The position numbers and the translations under genes were made by a program. A DNA stretch of 64,000 nucleotides from Pseudomonadota bacterium (lineage in GTDB: Bacteria; Pseudomonadota; Alphaproteobacteria; Rhizobiales; JAKSCL01), in assembly GCA_039026395.1 (NCBI GenBank), contig JBCCMK010000005.1:2428-66427 (forward strand). Reading direction: 5' to 3'. This document shows positions 28,726-38,578 of this stretch, in pieces. Below the pieces are notes generated by a model, which was not told where the DNA came from, searched no databases, and worked only from the letters and a program-made list of their open reading frames with translations. Within the stretch, counting starts at the first letter, position 1; each line of letters opens with the position of its first letter.

Positions 28726-29799
28726 TTAGTTCGGCAATGTGTCGTCAACGCCCTGGACGTACCAGTTCATTCCGAGGAGCGTTCCGTCGTCGAGTGCTTC
28801 GCCTTCACCGATCACTTGGCTGCCATCCTGCTTGAAGATTGGCCCGGCAAATGGGTTTAACGTCCCCGCCTCGATCGCAGCGGCGGTCTCGGCGCCAAGC
28901 GTCGCGACGTCCTCGGGCAGATTGGTGTAAGCCGCCATGTCGACCATGTCGGAATCCATGCCACCCCACGTGTCGGTTGACTCCCACGTACCGTCGATCA
29001 GCGCCTGGACGCGGGCGACATAGTAGTCGTTCCAATTGTCGATGATCGATGTCATTTGAGCGTCAGGCGCAAACTTGATCATGTCTGATGCCTGGCCAAA
29101 GCCCATCAAGCCGCGCTGCTGCGCCACCTGAAGCGGTGCGGGAGAATCGGTATGCTGCGTGATGATGTCAGCGCCCTGATCGAGAAGCGCTTTTGCTGCG
29201 TCTGATTCTTTGCCCGGATCAAACCACGTGTTCACCCAGACCACTTTGATCTGGAAATCTGGATTGATCGACTGAGCGCCGAGCAGGAATGCGTTGATGC
29301 CGCGAACGACCTCTGGGATCGGGAAGGATGCGACGTAGCCCGCAATGCCAGTCTCGGACATCTTGGCTGCGATCTGGCCGATGACATAGCGGCCTTCATA
29401 GAAGCGCGATGAGTACGTTGAAACATTGTCGGCCCGCTTATATCCCGTTGCGTGCTCGACTTTCACATCCGGAAACTGCTGCGCGACTTTGACCGTCGGG
29501 TTCATGAAGCCGAACGAGGTCGTGAAGATGAGGTCGTGACCGTCGGCAGCGAGCTGACGAATGACCCGCTCGGCATCTGGTCCTTCCGACACATTCTCAA
29601 CAAATGTCGTCTCGACCTTGTCACCAAAGGCTTCTTCGACCGCGAGGCGCCCTTGGTCATGCTGATAGGTCCAGCCATGGTCGCCGATCGGGCCGACATA
29701 GACAAAGCCGACCTTAGCCGGGTCGTCGGCCTGTGCCGCGCCCGAGAACGCAATGCCGACCGCGGCAGCGGCAGCTAACAAAATACTTTTCATTCTCAT
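28726..29799 (-). CDS. BMP-family purine/nucleoside ABC transporter substrate-binding protein
   Basis: Signal peptide AQA; VGFVYVGPIGDHGW, TTSFGF, WFDP, QHTDS. Confidence 0.9.
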   Translation of the reverse strand: MRMKSILLAAAAAVGIAFSGAAQADDPAKVGFVYVGPIGDHGWTYQHDQGRLAVEEAFGDKVETTFVENVSEGPDAERVIRQLAADGHDLIFTTSFGFMNPTVKVAQQFPDVKVEHATGYKRADNVSTYSSRFYEGRYVIGQIAAKMSETGIAGYVASFPIPEVVRGINAFLLGAQSINPDFQIKVVWVNTWFDPGKESDAAKALLDQGADIITQHTDSPAPLQVAQQRGLMGFGQASDMIKFAPDAQMTSIIDNWNDYYVARVQALIDGTWESTDTWGGMDSDMVDMAAYTNLPEDVATLGAETAAAIEAGTLNPFAGPIFKQDGSQVIGEGEALDDGTLLGMNWYVQGVDDTLPN

Positions 29800-29842
29800 T
29801 CCTCGTTTTGCTGTGTGGTTTGGTCTGCAGTTTCGCGCCTCG

Positions 29843-30763
29843 TCACCGATCTGGAATGAACGGTTGACCGAGGCAAGCCGGTGTATTGGCGCGGGCGCGC
29901 ATCACATCGCGGGAGATGAGCACCAGCACCAAAACTGTCGCGATATAGGGAAGCGCTGAGAGCAGCTGTGCAGGGATTTGTATCCCCGCCCCTTGCGCGT
30001 GGAATTGAAGGATCGTGACAGCACCGAAGAGGTACGCGCCGATAAGAACGCGCCACGGCAGCCAAGATGCAAAAACGACGAGTGCGAGCGCGATCCAACC
30101 GCGTCCAGCGGTCATGCCGTCGACCCAGAGCGGCGTGTATGAGAGTGAGAGGTAAGCCCCTGCGAGCCCGGCGCACGCGCCGCCGAAAGCAATCGCCCCA
30201 AAGCGCACAGTCGCGACATTGATGCCGAGGACGTGTGCAGAGCCGTGATTGTCACCAACCGCGCGAATGGTCAGGCCGAGGCGGGTGTAGTTGAGAACGT
30301 ACCAAACGCCGATGACGAGAGCGAATGATGCGTAGACGATCACATCTTGACCGAACAGAATGGGTCCGATCATCGGAATTTCCGAAAGACCTGGAACATC
30401 AAGTTTAGGCAGCGGGTCGCGGGCGACGCCGACGAGGCCCGAGCCGATAGAGTTGGCGATCCCAAGGCCGAGAAGCGTAAGCGCAAGGCCAGTCGCGACC
30501 TGGTTTGCCGCAAAACGCACCGTAAGGACGGCAAACAGCATGGAGAGTAAAACCCCGGCCCCAATGCCTGCGACGATGCCCGCTGCGCCATTGCCAGTCG
30601 CGACTGCAGCGCCGAATGCCGAGGCAGCACCGACCGCCATCATGCCCTCTACGCCGAGATTAAGAACGCCTGCCCTCTCCGACACTAGCTCGCCAATGGC
30701 GGCAAGGAGCAGCGGTGTCGACGCCGTGATGACCGTTAATATGATCGGCTCGATGGAGGTCAT
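29843..30763 (-). CDS. Nucleoside/purine ABC transporter permease
   Basis: ERAGVLNLGVEG, AGRGWIALA; ATGA overlap with upstream permease. Confidence 0.9.
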   Translation of the reverse strand: MTSIEPIILTVITASTPLLLAAIGELVSERAGVLNLGVEGMMAVGAASAFGAAVATGNGAAGIVAGIGAGVLLSMLFAVLTVRFAANQVATGLALTLLGLGIANSIGSGLVGVARDPLPKLDVPGLSEIPMIGPILFGQDVIVYASFALVIGVWYVLNYTRLGLTIRAVGDNHGSAHVLGINVATVRFGAIAFGGACAGLAGAYLSLSYTPLWVDGMTAGRGWIALALVVFASWLPWRVLIGAYLFGAVTILQFHAQGAGIQIPAQLLSALPYIATVLVLVLISRDVMRARANTPACLGQPFIPDR

Positions 30764-31836
30764 GCGGCCTGCCGTTCTGCGCTTGTCCAACGGATGCGAT
30801 AGTTCACGAGCGTATCGCATGCGAGGAGACATACGAGCAGGAGCCCCTGGATGACTTGCGTGATATCTGTCGGCACACCCAACCGGATTTGAGCCGTCTC
30901 CCCGCCGATATATGTGGTCGAGAGAAGCACACCCGCGAGGATCACGCCCAGCGGGTTCAATCGGGCGAGGAACGCAACGATGATTGCTGTGAACCCGTAG
31001 CCGGGCGAGACGGTCGGTAAGAGCTGACCAATTGGACCAGTCACTTCGATCGCGCCTGCGAGACCCGCCAACGCGCCGCTCAGAATAAGAACAGTCGCGA
31101 CGGTTTTCGGCGGACTAAAGCCGGAAAAGATGCCAGCGCGTGGCGCTTCGCCAATCACGCGGAACGAGTAGCCCTTTAGCGATTTGGCCATCACGACCCA
31201 AAGGGTCACCGCAATTGCAATCGCGAGTAGGATGCCGACGTGCAATCGCCCACCGCTCATCAGAAGCGGCATCGTCGCGTCCGAATGAAACAGCCGCGAT
31301 TCCGGAAAGTTAAAGCCTTCCGGGCTTCGCCACGGTCCGCGCACAAGATAGTCGAGGAGCAGTCCAGCAATGTAGACGAGCATCAGGCTCGTGAGAATTT
31401 CGTTCGTGCGAAACCTCGTTTTCAGAACCGCGGGAATTGCCGCCCATAGACCGCCGCCGACCAGGCCGGCCATCAAGCAAAGCGGCAACACCCAAACGCC
31501 TGGAACATTGTAGAGCGCGAGCGCCATGCCCCCACCTGCAATCGCACCAGCGATGAATTGGCCCTCAGCACCGATATTCCAAACATTCGAGCGAAAGCAG
31601 ATCGTGAGCCCCGCCCCTATCATGATGAGCGGGCTTGCCTTAACGAACACCTCCTGCGCCGAAAACACTGACTGAAACGGCGCGATGAAGTAGGTAATCA
31701 AACCCTCGATTGGGTTTGTGCCGAGAAAGGCGAAGAGAACGCCGGTCAGGACAAGAGTGACGCCGATCGCGATAACCGGCGACAATGTCGCAAAGACCGC
31801 CGATCGCTGGGCTCGCGGGACGAGTTCAAGCGCCAT
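30760..31836 (-). CDS. Nucleoside/purine ABC transporter permease
   Basis: WNIGAEGQ, NEILTSLM, GYGFTAIIVA; start MALELV. Confidence 0.9.
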   Translation of the reverse strand: MALELVPRAQRSAVFATLSPVIAIGVTLVLTGVLFAFLGTNPIEGLITYFIAPFQSVFSAQEVFVKASPLIMIGAGLTICFRSNVWNIGAEGQFIAGAIAGGGMALALYNVPGVWVLPLCLMAGLVGGGLWAAIPAVLKTRFRTNEILTSLMLVYIAGLLLDYLVRGPWRSPEGFNFPESRLFHSDATMPLLMSGGRLHVGILLAIAIAVTLWVVMAKSLKGYSFRVIGEAPRAGIFSGFSPPKTVATVLILSGALAGLAGAIEVTGPIGQLLPTVSPGYGFTAIIVAFLARLNPLGVILAGVLLSTTYIGGETAQIRLGVPTDITQVIQGLLLVCLLACDTLVNYRIRWTSAERQAA

Positions 31837-33367
31837 GAGCAACCTGCTCTGTCCTGCCTTCAACGACGCCACCCATGAGAAGCCCAATCTCATCTCTGCT
31901 AATCTCGCCGACGGGCCTTGGATTGCTTAGTGCGCCCAGATTGAGAACAGATATGTCCGTTGCGAGCGTGAAGAGTTCATCCAAGTCCTGAGAAATGACG
32001 ATGACCGCAGTGCCCTCTTTCGCAAGATCGATTAGCGCTTGGCGGATAACCCGGGCCGCGCCCGCATCAACGCCCCAGGTCGGCTGGTTTACCACCAGGA
32101 TTTTTGGCTTCTCGATGATCTCCCGCCCGACCGAGAATTTCTGAAGGTTGCCGCCTGAAAGGCTCGACGCATGCGCTTCGGCGCCAGTGGTGCGCACATC
32201 AAACGCGCCAATGACGTCGCCCGCCATCGCGCCAGACTTCGAACGCGAGATCAGACCGAAATTGACGACCGGGGTCGTAGCGTGTCGGGTGAGTACGATG
32301 TTTTCTGCCAGCGTAAAATGGCTGACCGCACTGTGTCCGTTGCGTTCTTCGGGTATGAAGGCGGCACCTGTTCCCCGCCGAGCGGAGATGTCGAGCACAC
32401 CAACAGGTTTCCCAAAAAATTCAACGCTTTGGTGGTCAGTCTTCGTTTCCCCGCTCAACGCAGCGAAGAGTTCTGATTGCCCGTTTCCTGCTATCCCAGC
32501 GATGCCAAGAATTTGTCCCTCAGACACGGAAAATGAGATATCGCGGAGCGAGACGCCAAAAATCTGATCCGAAGTCACTGAGAGGTTTGTTACATTGATT
32601 GCGATAGGGCTGGATCCCGTATCGCTTGAGTTTGGTTCGATGTCCGCGACATCAGCGCCAACCATCATGGCCGCGAGTGAGCGGCTGGATTCAACCTTTG
32701 GATCCGCCGTTCCCACGAGCTTGCCATGCCGCAAAATCGTTGCCGTGTCGCAAAAGGCGCGGATCTCATCTAACCGATGGCTAATGTAGAGGACGCCCTT
32801 GCCGCCAGCCGCAAGCTGCTTGATCGTTACAAAAAGAGCGTCAGCTTCCTGCGGTGTCAGCACAGATGTCGGCTCATCGAAAATGAGAAAATCCGGCGAT
32901 TGCATCAGCACCCGGACGATTTCCACGCGCTGACGCTCCCCGACCGAAAGCGTGTGAACAGCGCGGTCCGGCACCACGTCGAGACCGTAGGTTTCGCTCA
33001 ACTCCTTGATTGAACTGATGAGGTCTACGCGCTTCATCTTGGTGTCGAGCGCAAGTTCGATGTTCTCCGCGACCGTGAGTGCGTCGAACAGAGAGAAGTG
33101 CTGAAAGACCATCCCCACGCCGAGAGCGCGCGCTTGATATGGCGACGCGATCCGAACGGGCTCACCGCGCATGACGAACGTCCCAGAATCCGGCGAAATC
33201 ACCCCGTAAATGCATTTCACAAGCGTCGACTTACCTGCGCCATTCTCACCGAGGAGCGCGTGGATCTCGCCTGGCATGACCTGAAACGAGATGTCTTGAT
33301 TGGCTCGAACGTCACCAAAGGACTTCGAGATCGATCGCGCTTCAAAGAGCGGCGTTACTCCGCTCAT
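31826..33367 (-). CDS. ABC transporter ATP-binding protein (tandem NBD, CUT2 type)
   Basis: GENGAGKS, LSVGE, DEPT, second half LSGGNLQK; start MSGVTP, ATGA overlap with xdhC. Confidence 0.92.
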   Translation of the reverse strand: MSGVTPLFEARSISKSFGDVRANQDISFQVMPGEIHALLGENGAGKSTLVKCIYGVISPDSGTFVMRGEPVRIASPYQARALGVGMVFQHFSLFDALTVAENIELALDTKMKRVDLISSIKELSETYGLDVVPDRAVHTLSVGERQRVEIVRVLMQSPDFLIFDEPTSVLTPQEADALFVTIKQLAAGGKGVLYISHRLDEIRAFCDTATILRHGKLVGTADPKVESSRSLAAMMVGADVADIEPNSSDTGSSPIAINVTNLSVTSDQIFGVSLRDISFSVSEGQILGIAGIAGNGQSELFAALSGETKTDHQSVEFFGKPVGVLDISARRGTGAAFIPEERNGHSAVSHFTLAENIVLTRHATTPVVNFGLISRSKSGAMAGDVIGAFDVRTTGAEAHASSLSGGNLQKFSVGREIIEKPKILVVNQPTWGVDAGAARVIRQALIDLAKEGTAVIVISQDLDELFTLATDISVLNLGALSNPRPVGEISRDEIGLLMGGVVEGRTEQVAHGA

Positions 33368-34338
33368 GCTTCGGCCATCGCGTTTCGAGGAGATTGAACG
33401 GCAGCTAACTCTTCGCGCTTGATCAAAAGTTGCGCCGCAACGGACGCAGCAATTGCAGCAGGTTGTTTGTCGGAAATCTGAGATAGACCGATCGGGCACG
33501 TAATTCGATCTATTTCAGGCTGCATATGAGAGAGATCACGTAATTGACTGTAAAAGCGTTTCTTTTTGGTCTTTGAACCGATCAGCCCGATAAAGGGCAT
33601 ATCATCCCGTTTTAGAAGGGCATCACACAAGGTGAGATCAAGTGGATGCGAATGCGTCATGACAAGCGAGAGCGTTCCCGGCACCAGACAGGCGACCGTT
33701 TCCCACGGTTCTGCGAGGTGGCGCTTCGTCGTGTTTTGAGGCGTGAGGCGTGGAAACGATTCGATCCGGCTATCAAACCACTCCACCGAGAAAGGAAGTG
33801 GCGCCAGAGCCAGAACCAGTGCGCGACCGACATGCCCTGCTCCGAAGATCGCCACAGGCGTATCGTCGGAACTGAAACTCTCGATCAGCGTATCGCCGTC
33901 AAGTTGGATCGTATCGCCACCGCCATATTCGGCGATTACACGTGTCGGTGCACCGCTGCTGTGTGAAGACCGAAGTGCGAATTCACCGGTCGCCTCGGCG
34001 TCCGCGAAATCCTGAATCATCCTCAAGTCGAGGGATGTGAAGGCCTCAATGAGGACTTCAACCGCACCGCCGCAGCATTGGCCAAGGTCAGGACCAAGCG
34101 CAAAGCTGTGCCAAAGGCGTTTTGACTTTCGAGCGTTGACGGCATCGCGGGCAATCTGAAGGGCCTGAAACTCAAGGGTGCCACCGCCGATCGTCCCGCG
34201 GATATCACCGTCCGGCAGAACGATCATGCGCGCGCCCGGCTCGCGCGGGCCAGAGCCTCGAACTCGGGTCACGGTCACAAGGCCGACCGCATGATGGCGT
34301 TCAAGCGCCTCCGAAAGAGTGCCCCAGAGTGCCCTCAT
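33364..34338 (-). CDS. xdhC: Xanthine dehydrogenase accessory protein XdhC
   Basis: GSGPRE, GTIGGG, LGQCCGG, GAGHVG, MTHSHPLD, GLIGS, CPIG. Confidence 0.92.
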   Translation of the reverse strand: MRALWGTLSEALERHHAVGLVTVTRVRGSGPREPGARMIVLPDGDIRGTIGGGTLEFQALQIARDAVNARKSKRLWHSFALGPDLGQCCGGAVEVLIEAFTSLDLRMIQDFADAEATGEFALRSSHSSGAPTRVIAEYGGGDTIQLDGDTLIESFSSDDTPVAIFGAGHVGRALVLALAPLPFSVEWFDSRIESFPRLTPQNTTKRHLAEPWETVACLVPGTLSLVMTHSHPLDLTLCDALLKRDDMPFIGLIGSKTKKKRFYSQLRDLSHMQPEIDRITCPIGLSQISDKQPAAIAASVAAQLLIKREELAAVQSPRNAMAEA

Positions 34339-36662
34339 GCCGCATTCACGCTCGAAATCGCGGTCAATATCACTTCTGGCGTTGCAGGCGCGTGAAGCAT
34401 CGGCACTGCGCCCTCTGGCGCCGACGCCCGGACGGCGTCGTAAATCGCGCAGTGAACAGAAATCGCCAGCATGAGCGGCGGCTCACCGACGGCTTTCGAC
34501 CGATAGATCGTCTCTTCCCGGTTCCCGCCACCGTCCCAGATGTGCACCTTAAAATGCTCTGGGACATCGCTGGCGACCGGAATTTTATAGGTCGATGGCG
34601 CATGGGTCAGGAGCTTGCCCTTCTCGTCCCAGACGAGTTCCTCGGTTGTGAGCCAGCCCATGCCCTGAACGAACCCGCCCTCAATTTGGCCGATGTCGAC
34701 CGCCGGGTTGAGCGAGCGGCCGACATCGTGAAGGACATCGACTTTTTCCACTCGCATTTCGCCGGTCATTGTGTCGATGATCACCTCGCTCACCGCTGCG
34801 CCATAGGCGAAATAGTAGAATGGCCGACCGGTTGCAGACTCGCGATCCCAAGTGATCTTTGGCGTGCGATAGAACCCCGTGGATGACAATGAAATCCGGG
34901 CAAGCCACGCGCTTTTCGCCAGTTCACCAAACGTCATTGTCTGATTGCCGCCGAAGACATGATTGTCATGAAAGGCAATCTCGGACACGGGCACATCAAA
35001 CAGTGTTGCTGCGTATTCCGCCAAACGATCGCGTATGGTGCGCGCAGCGATCCTGGACGCCATGCCATTCATGTCAGCGCCTGAAGACGCGGCGGTCGGT
35101 GCGGTGTTCGGCACGCGTGTCGTGTTCGTCGCTGAAATTTTCACGCGGTCGAGGTCGATCCCGAATTCATCGGCGACCACCTGGCCCACCTTGATGAAGA
35201 GCCCCTGCCCCATCTCAGTGCCGCCATGGTTCAGATAGACGCTACCGTCGGTGTAGACGTGCACTAGCGCGCCTGCCTGGTTCAAATGCTTGGTCGTGAA
35301 CGAGATGCCGAATTTGACCGGTGTCAGGGCAAGTCCGCGTTTCAGCACCATGGAACTTTCATTGAACGCGGTGATTTCTTCGCGGCGCGCTCGATAATCG
35401 GACGTCTCTTCTAACCCGTCGACCAGATCCGCGATGATATTGTCTTCGACACGCATTCCGTATGGCGTGATATCCCGGCCATTTGAGTAGAAGTTGCGTT
35501 TCCGCAGATCCAAAGCGTCTTCACCACGGAGTGCCGCGAGACGCTCGACCGCGGTTTCGATCGCGAGCATGCCCTGTGGGCCGCCAAACCCGCGAAATGC
35601 CGTGTTTGAGACCGTGTTTGTTTTCATCCGCTTTGAAAGGATGTGAGCGGCCGGGAGGTAGTAGGCATTGTCCGTATGGAACATGGTGCGGTCATTGATG
35701 GCGCCTGAAAGGTCCGCCGAATATCCGCAACGCGACGCGTAGCAAATGTCGAGCCCGGTGATGACACCGTTTGTATCGGCACCCAGCTTGTAGTCGACGA
35801 CGAAATCATGCCGTTTGCCCGTTGCGCGCATGTCGTCGTCACGGTCGAGCCGCACTTTGCAGGGGCGCCCGGTGATATCCGCTGCAAGAGCCGCCATCGC
35901 CGCCCAGTGCGCCGCCTGGCTTTCCTTGCCACCGAATGCCCCGCCCATGCGTCTGACTTCAACGGTGACGGCATTGTCGGGGATGCCGAGGACACGGGCG
36001 ACGACATGCTGGACTTCGCTTGGATGTTGCGTCGACGAGTGCACGACAATATCGCGATCTTCGCCCGGCACCGCGAGCGCTGCCTGGCTCTCCAGGTAGA
36101 AGTGTTCCTGTCCACCGATGGAAAGAGAGCCGCTCAGGATTGTGTCGCTCGCGGCAAGGGCTGCGTCCGCGTCGCCTTGTCCAAAAGCGTAGTCTGGAAG
36201 GATCGTTGTGTCATCGACCAGCGCGTCCCTCGGAGAAAGCACCGGATCGATCTCATCGTAGGTGACCTCGATCAACGCAGCAGCGCGCAACCCCACAAGA
36301 CGCGTTTCGGAAACGATTGCTGCCACCACTTGCCCATGAAACTCGATATCGCCATCGGCAAACAGCGGATCGTCCCCTGAAATGGGGCTGACATCGTTTG
36401 CGCCTGGGATGTCAGAGACCGTCAACACCGTTATCACGCCAGGTGCTGACTTCGCTGCGCTAAGATCGATGTTCTTAACCGTTCCGCGTGCGATTTCACT
36501 CAGAACTGGCGAAACGTGGAGCATGCCTTCCGGTTCTGGGATGTCGTCGATATAGGTCGCACGGCCAGTGACGTGTTTGACGCCGCTATCATGCTTGATC
36601 GGCTTTCGAACATGACGCAGGACAACGCCGTCCTCTTCAACATCTTGGCGACGCTCAAGCAT
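34335..36662 (-). CDS. xdhB: Xanthine dehydrogenase molybdopterin-binding subunit
   Basis: GQEHFYLE, GGAFGGKES, AFRGFGGPQG, TAASSG, SKAVGEPP (catalytic Glu). Confidence 0.95.
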   Translation of the reverse strand: MLERRQDVEEDGVVLRHVRKPIKHDSGVKHVTGRATYIDDIPEPEGMLHVSPVLSEIARGTVKNIDLSAAKSAPGVITVLTVSDIPGANDVSPISGDDPLFADGDIEFHGQVVAAIVSETRLVGLRAAALIEVTYDEIDPVLSPRDALVDDTTILPDYAFGQGDADAALAASDTILSGSLSIGGQEHFYLESQAALAVPGEDRDIVVHSSTQHPSEVQHVVARVLGIPDNAVTVEVRRMGGAFGGKESQAAHWAAMAALAADITGRPCKVRLDRDDDMRATGKRHDFVVDYKLGADTNGVITGLDICYASRCGYSADLSGAINDRTMFHTDNAYYLPAAHILSKRMKTNTVSNTAFRGFGGPQGMLAIETAVERLAALRGEDALDLRKRNFYSNGRDITPYGMRVEDNIIADLVDGLEETSDYRARREEITAFNESSMVLKRGLALTPVKFGISFTTKHLNQAGALVHVYTDGSVYLNHGGTEMGQGLFIKVGQVVADEFGIDLDRVKISATNTTRVPNTAPTAASSGADMNGMASRIAARTIRDRLAEYAATLFDVPVSEIAFHDNHVFGGNQTMTFGELAKSAWLARISLSSTGFYRTPKITWDRESATGRPFYYFAYGAAVSEVIIDTMTGEMRVEKVDVLHDVGRSLNPAVDIGQIEGGFVQGMGWLTTEELVWDEKGKLLTHAPSTYKIPVASDVPEHFKVHIWDGGGNREETIYRSKAVGEPPLMLAISVHCAIYDAVRASAPEGAVPMLHAPATPEVILTAISSVNAA

Positions 36663-38136
36663 GCGCCACTCCCTTGTGAAATGTTGTATCGAGGCGCGTC
36701 TCGGCACCAGTATCAATCAACTGCATCAATGCCTTGCGGACAAGATTTGAGGAGACAGTTGAGCGATATTCCGCAGACGCTCTTACATCCGATATTGGTT
36801 TGAAATCAGATTGCATCACACTGTTGATATCGACGGTGGTGAGGGCGTCTACTGGTGACTTGCCGACGAGAACGGTCTCCAATGTCGTGGCCCGTTTTGG
36901 TGTTGCAGCCATCCCACCGTAGGCAATACGGGCTTTGTCAATGATCCCGTTTTCACCGAGCGTGATTGCGAAAGCGCCGAGGACAGCGGTGATGTCTTCA
37001 TCAAACCGCTTTGAGACCTTGAAGCACGAGAAATACAAAGCGTCTGTAGGCTTTGGCACGATAATGCGCGACAGGATCTCGTCTGCCGCTCGGTCCTGCT
37101 TGCCGTAGGCGATGAAGAGTTCGTCGAGGGGAAGTGTTCGTATGCCGCGTGAACTTACGAGTTCCACAGTCGCGCCAAGTGCGATCAGAACGGGCGGCGT
37201 ATCGCCAATCGGCGAACCATTGGCGATATTGCCGCCTATCGTCCCGGAAGCGCGGATTTGTTTCGAGCCGATCCGCTTCCAGAGCGTGTGAAGGTCCGGG
37301 CTTAGATCGCCCACTAACTCTTCAACGTCGGCATAGGATGCCATCGCGCCGATACTGATACGATCGCCATCATTCGAAATTTCGCGCAAAGCGCTGATGC
37401 GCCCAAGGCTAATGACTTTCTCGATTGGGCGGAACTGTTTCGTGATCCAAAGCCCAACATCAGTTGCGCCTGCAAGGATCGTCGCGTCCGGATGGTCTGC
37501 AAGGAGGGAAACCGCCTCTTCGACAGTTTCTGGACTTGCGAAAAAGCACTCGTCGCTACCGGTGAAAAGCGGAGTTTCGTCAGCACTCAACGCATCAAGT
37601 GACCCCATGCGGCTCTCAATCTTACCCTTCACAGCGGCAGGAACGGTATCGTCGCGAGCGAGCTTTGCCGCATCGAGAATGGGCCGATAGCCCGTGCATC
37701 GGCAGAGGTTGCCAGAAAGCCAGTCATTGAGTGTTGCACGGTCCGCTGGTTCACTAGTTTCGCCGTGCGCATAGAGGCTCATGACAATCCCGGGCGCGCA
37801 AAACCCACATTGAGAGCCGTGTGTTTCGACCAGTCGCGACTGGACGGGATGTAATGCGTCGCCCTCGCTCAAATCCTCAACCGTCAGGACCGTCTTGTTG
37901 TGCACCATGCCGAGGAGCGTGATGCAGGCGTTCACGGGCTTTATATCTAAACTGCCGTCCTCGGATTTTTCAGCAATCGCAACGGTGCAGGCGCCGCAAT
38001 CGCCCTCATTGCAACCTTCCTTCGTGCCGCGCAGGCGCGCGCGATCGCGAATATAGTCGAGAAGCGTGGTAGTCGGGTGCGCGTCGCTGACGCGATGAAT
38101 GTCGCCGCCGAGGCCGAAAACGATCTCGTTCGACAT
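36655..38136 (-). CDS. xdhA: Xanthine dehydrogenase FeS/FAD subunit
   Basis: GCNEGDCGAC, QCGFC, NLCRCTGY, AGATDVG, NGSPIGD, KVSKRFDEDI. Confidence 0.95.
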   Translation of the reverse strand: MSNEIVFGLGGDIHRVSDAHPTTTLLDYIRDRARLRGTKEGCNEGDCGACTVAIAEKSEDGSLDIKPVNACITLLGMVHNKTVLTVEDLSEGDALHPVQSRLVETHGSQCGFCAPGIVMSLYAHGETSEPADRATLNDWLSGNLCRCTGYRPILDAAKLARDDTVPAAVKGKIESRMGSLDALSADETPLFTGSDECFFASPETVEEAVSLLADHPDATILAGATDVGLWITKQFRPIEKVISLGRISALREISNDGDRISIGAMASYADVEELVGDLSPDLHTLWKRIGSKQIRASGTIGGNIANGSPIGDTPPVLIALGATVELVSSRGIRTLPLDELFIAYGKQDRAADEILSRIIVPKPTDALYFSCFKVSKRFDEDITAVLGAFAITLGENGIIDKARIAYGGMAATPKRATTLETVLVGKSPVDALTTVDINSVMQSDFKPISDVRASAEYRSTVSSNLVRKALMQLIDTGAETRLDTTFHKGVAHA

Positions 38137-38138
38137 TC

Positions 38139-38480
38139 TCAGCTGCCTCGGTATGTCGAATAGCCGAACGGCGAGAGCAATAGCGGCACATGGTAATGCG
38201 CATCTGGATCGTCGATGCCGAACCGGATCGGTATTTCGTCCAAGAAAAGCACGTCGGTCGCCATTGTCCCCGAGTTCTTTAGATAGTCGCCCGCCTTGAA
38301 CACCAGCTCATGCACGCCGCGTTCCATGTCGGCGCCTTCAAGAAGCGGCGCGTCGCAGCGGCCATCGGAATTCGTAGCCGCCGCAACGCGTCTACCGGAT
38401 GGAGTAGACAGCGTGATTTCCAAGCCAGCCGCGGGCCGACCAAGGGCGGTATCGAGAACGTGCGTCGTCAGCTTCCCCAC
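38139..38480 (-). CDS. uraH: 5-hydroxyisourate hydrolase (transthyretin-like)
   Basis: [21 protein letters not shown]-terminal YRGS; GTG start with GGAG RBS. Confidence 0.95.
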   Translation of the reverse strand: MGKLTTHVLDTALGRPAAGLEITLSTPSGRRVAAATNSDGRCDAPLLEGADMERGVHELVFKAGDYLKNSGTMATDVLFLDEIPIRFGIDDPDAHYHVPLLLSPFGYSTYRGS

Positions 38481-38486
38481 GCCGCA

Positions 38487-38560
38487 GCTCCAGCGTTCTT
38501 TAGACTTGCTCGAATTTTAGCCAAGCCCAAGCATTGAGCAAGTGGTTTTGCGCATGGAGC
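38487..38560 (-). promoter_or_regulatory. Palindromic leader/promoter region of the purine operon
   Basis: ACTTGCTC-N24-GAGCAAGT (38504-38543) inside GCTCCA...TGGAGC, which includes the uraH RBS; minus strand also reads TTGCTC-N16-TAAAAT. Confidence 0.5.
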
Positions 38561-38578
38561 GAGGGTCGGGTTGACGCG

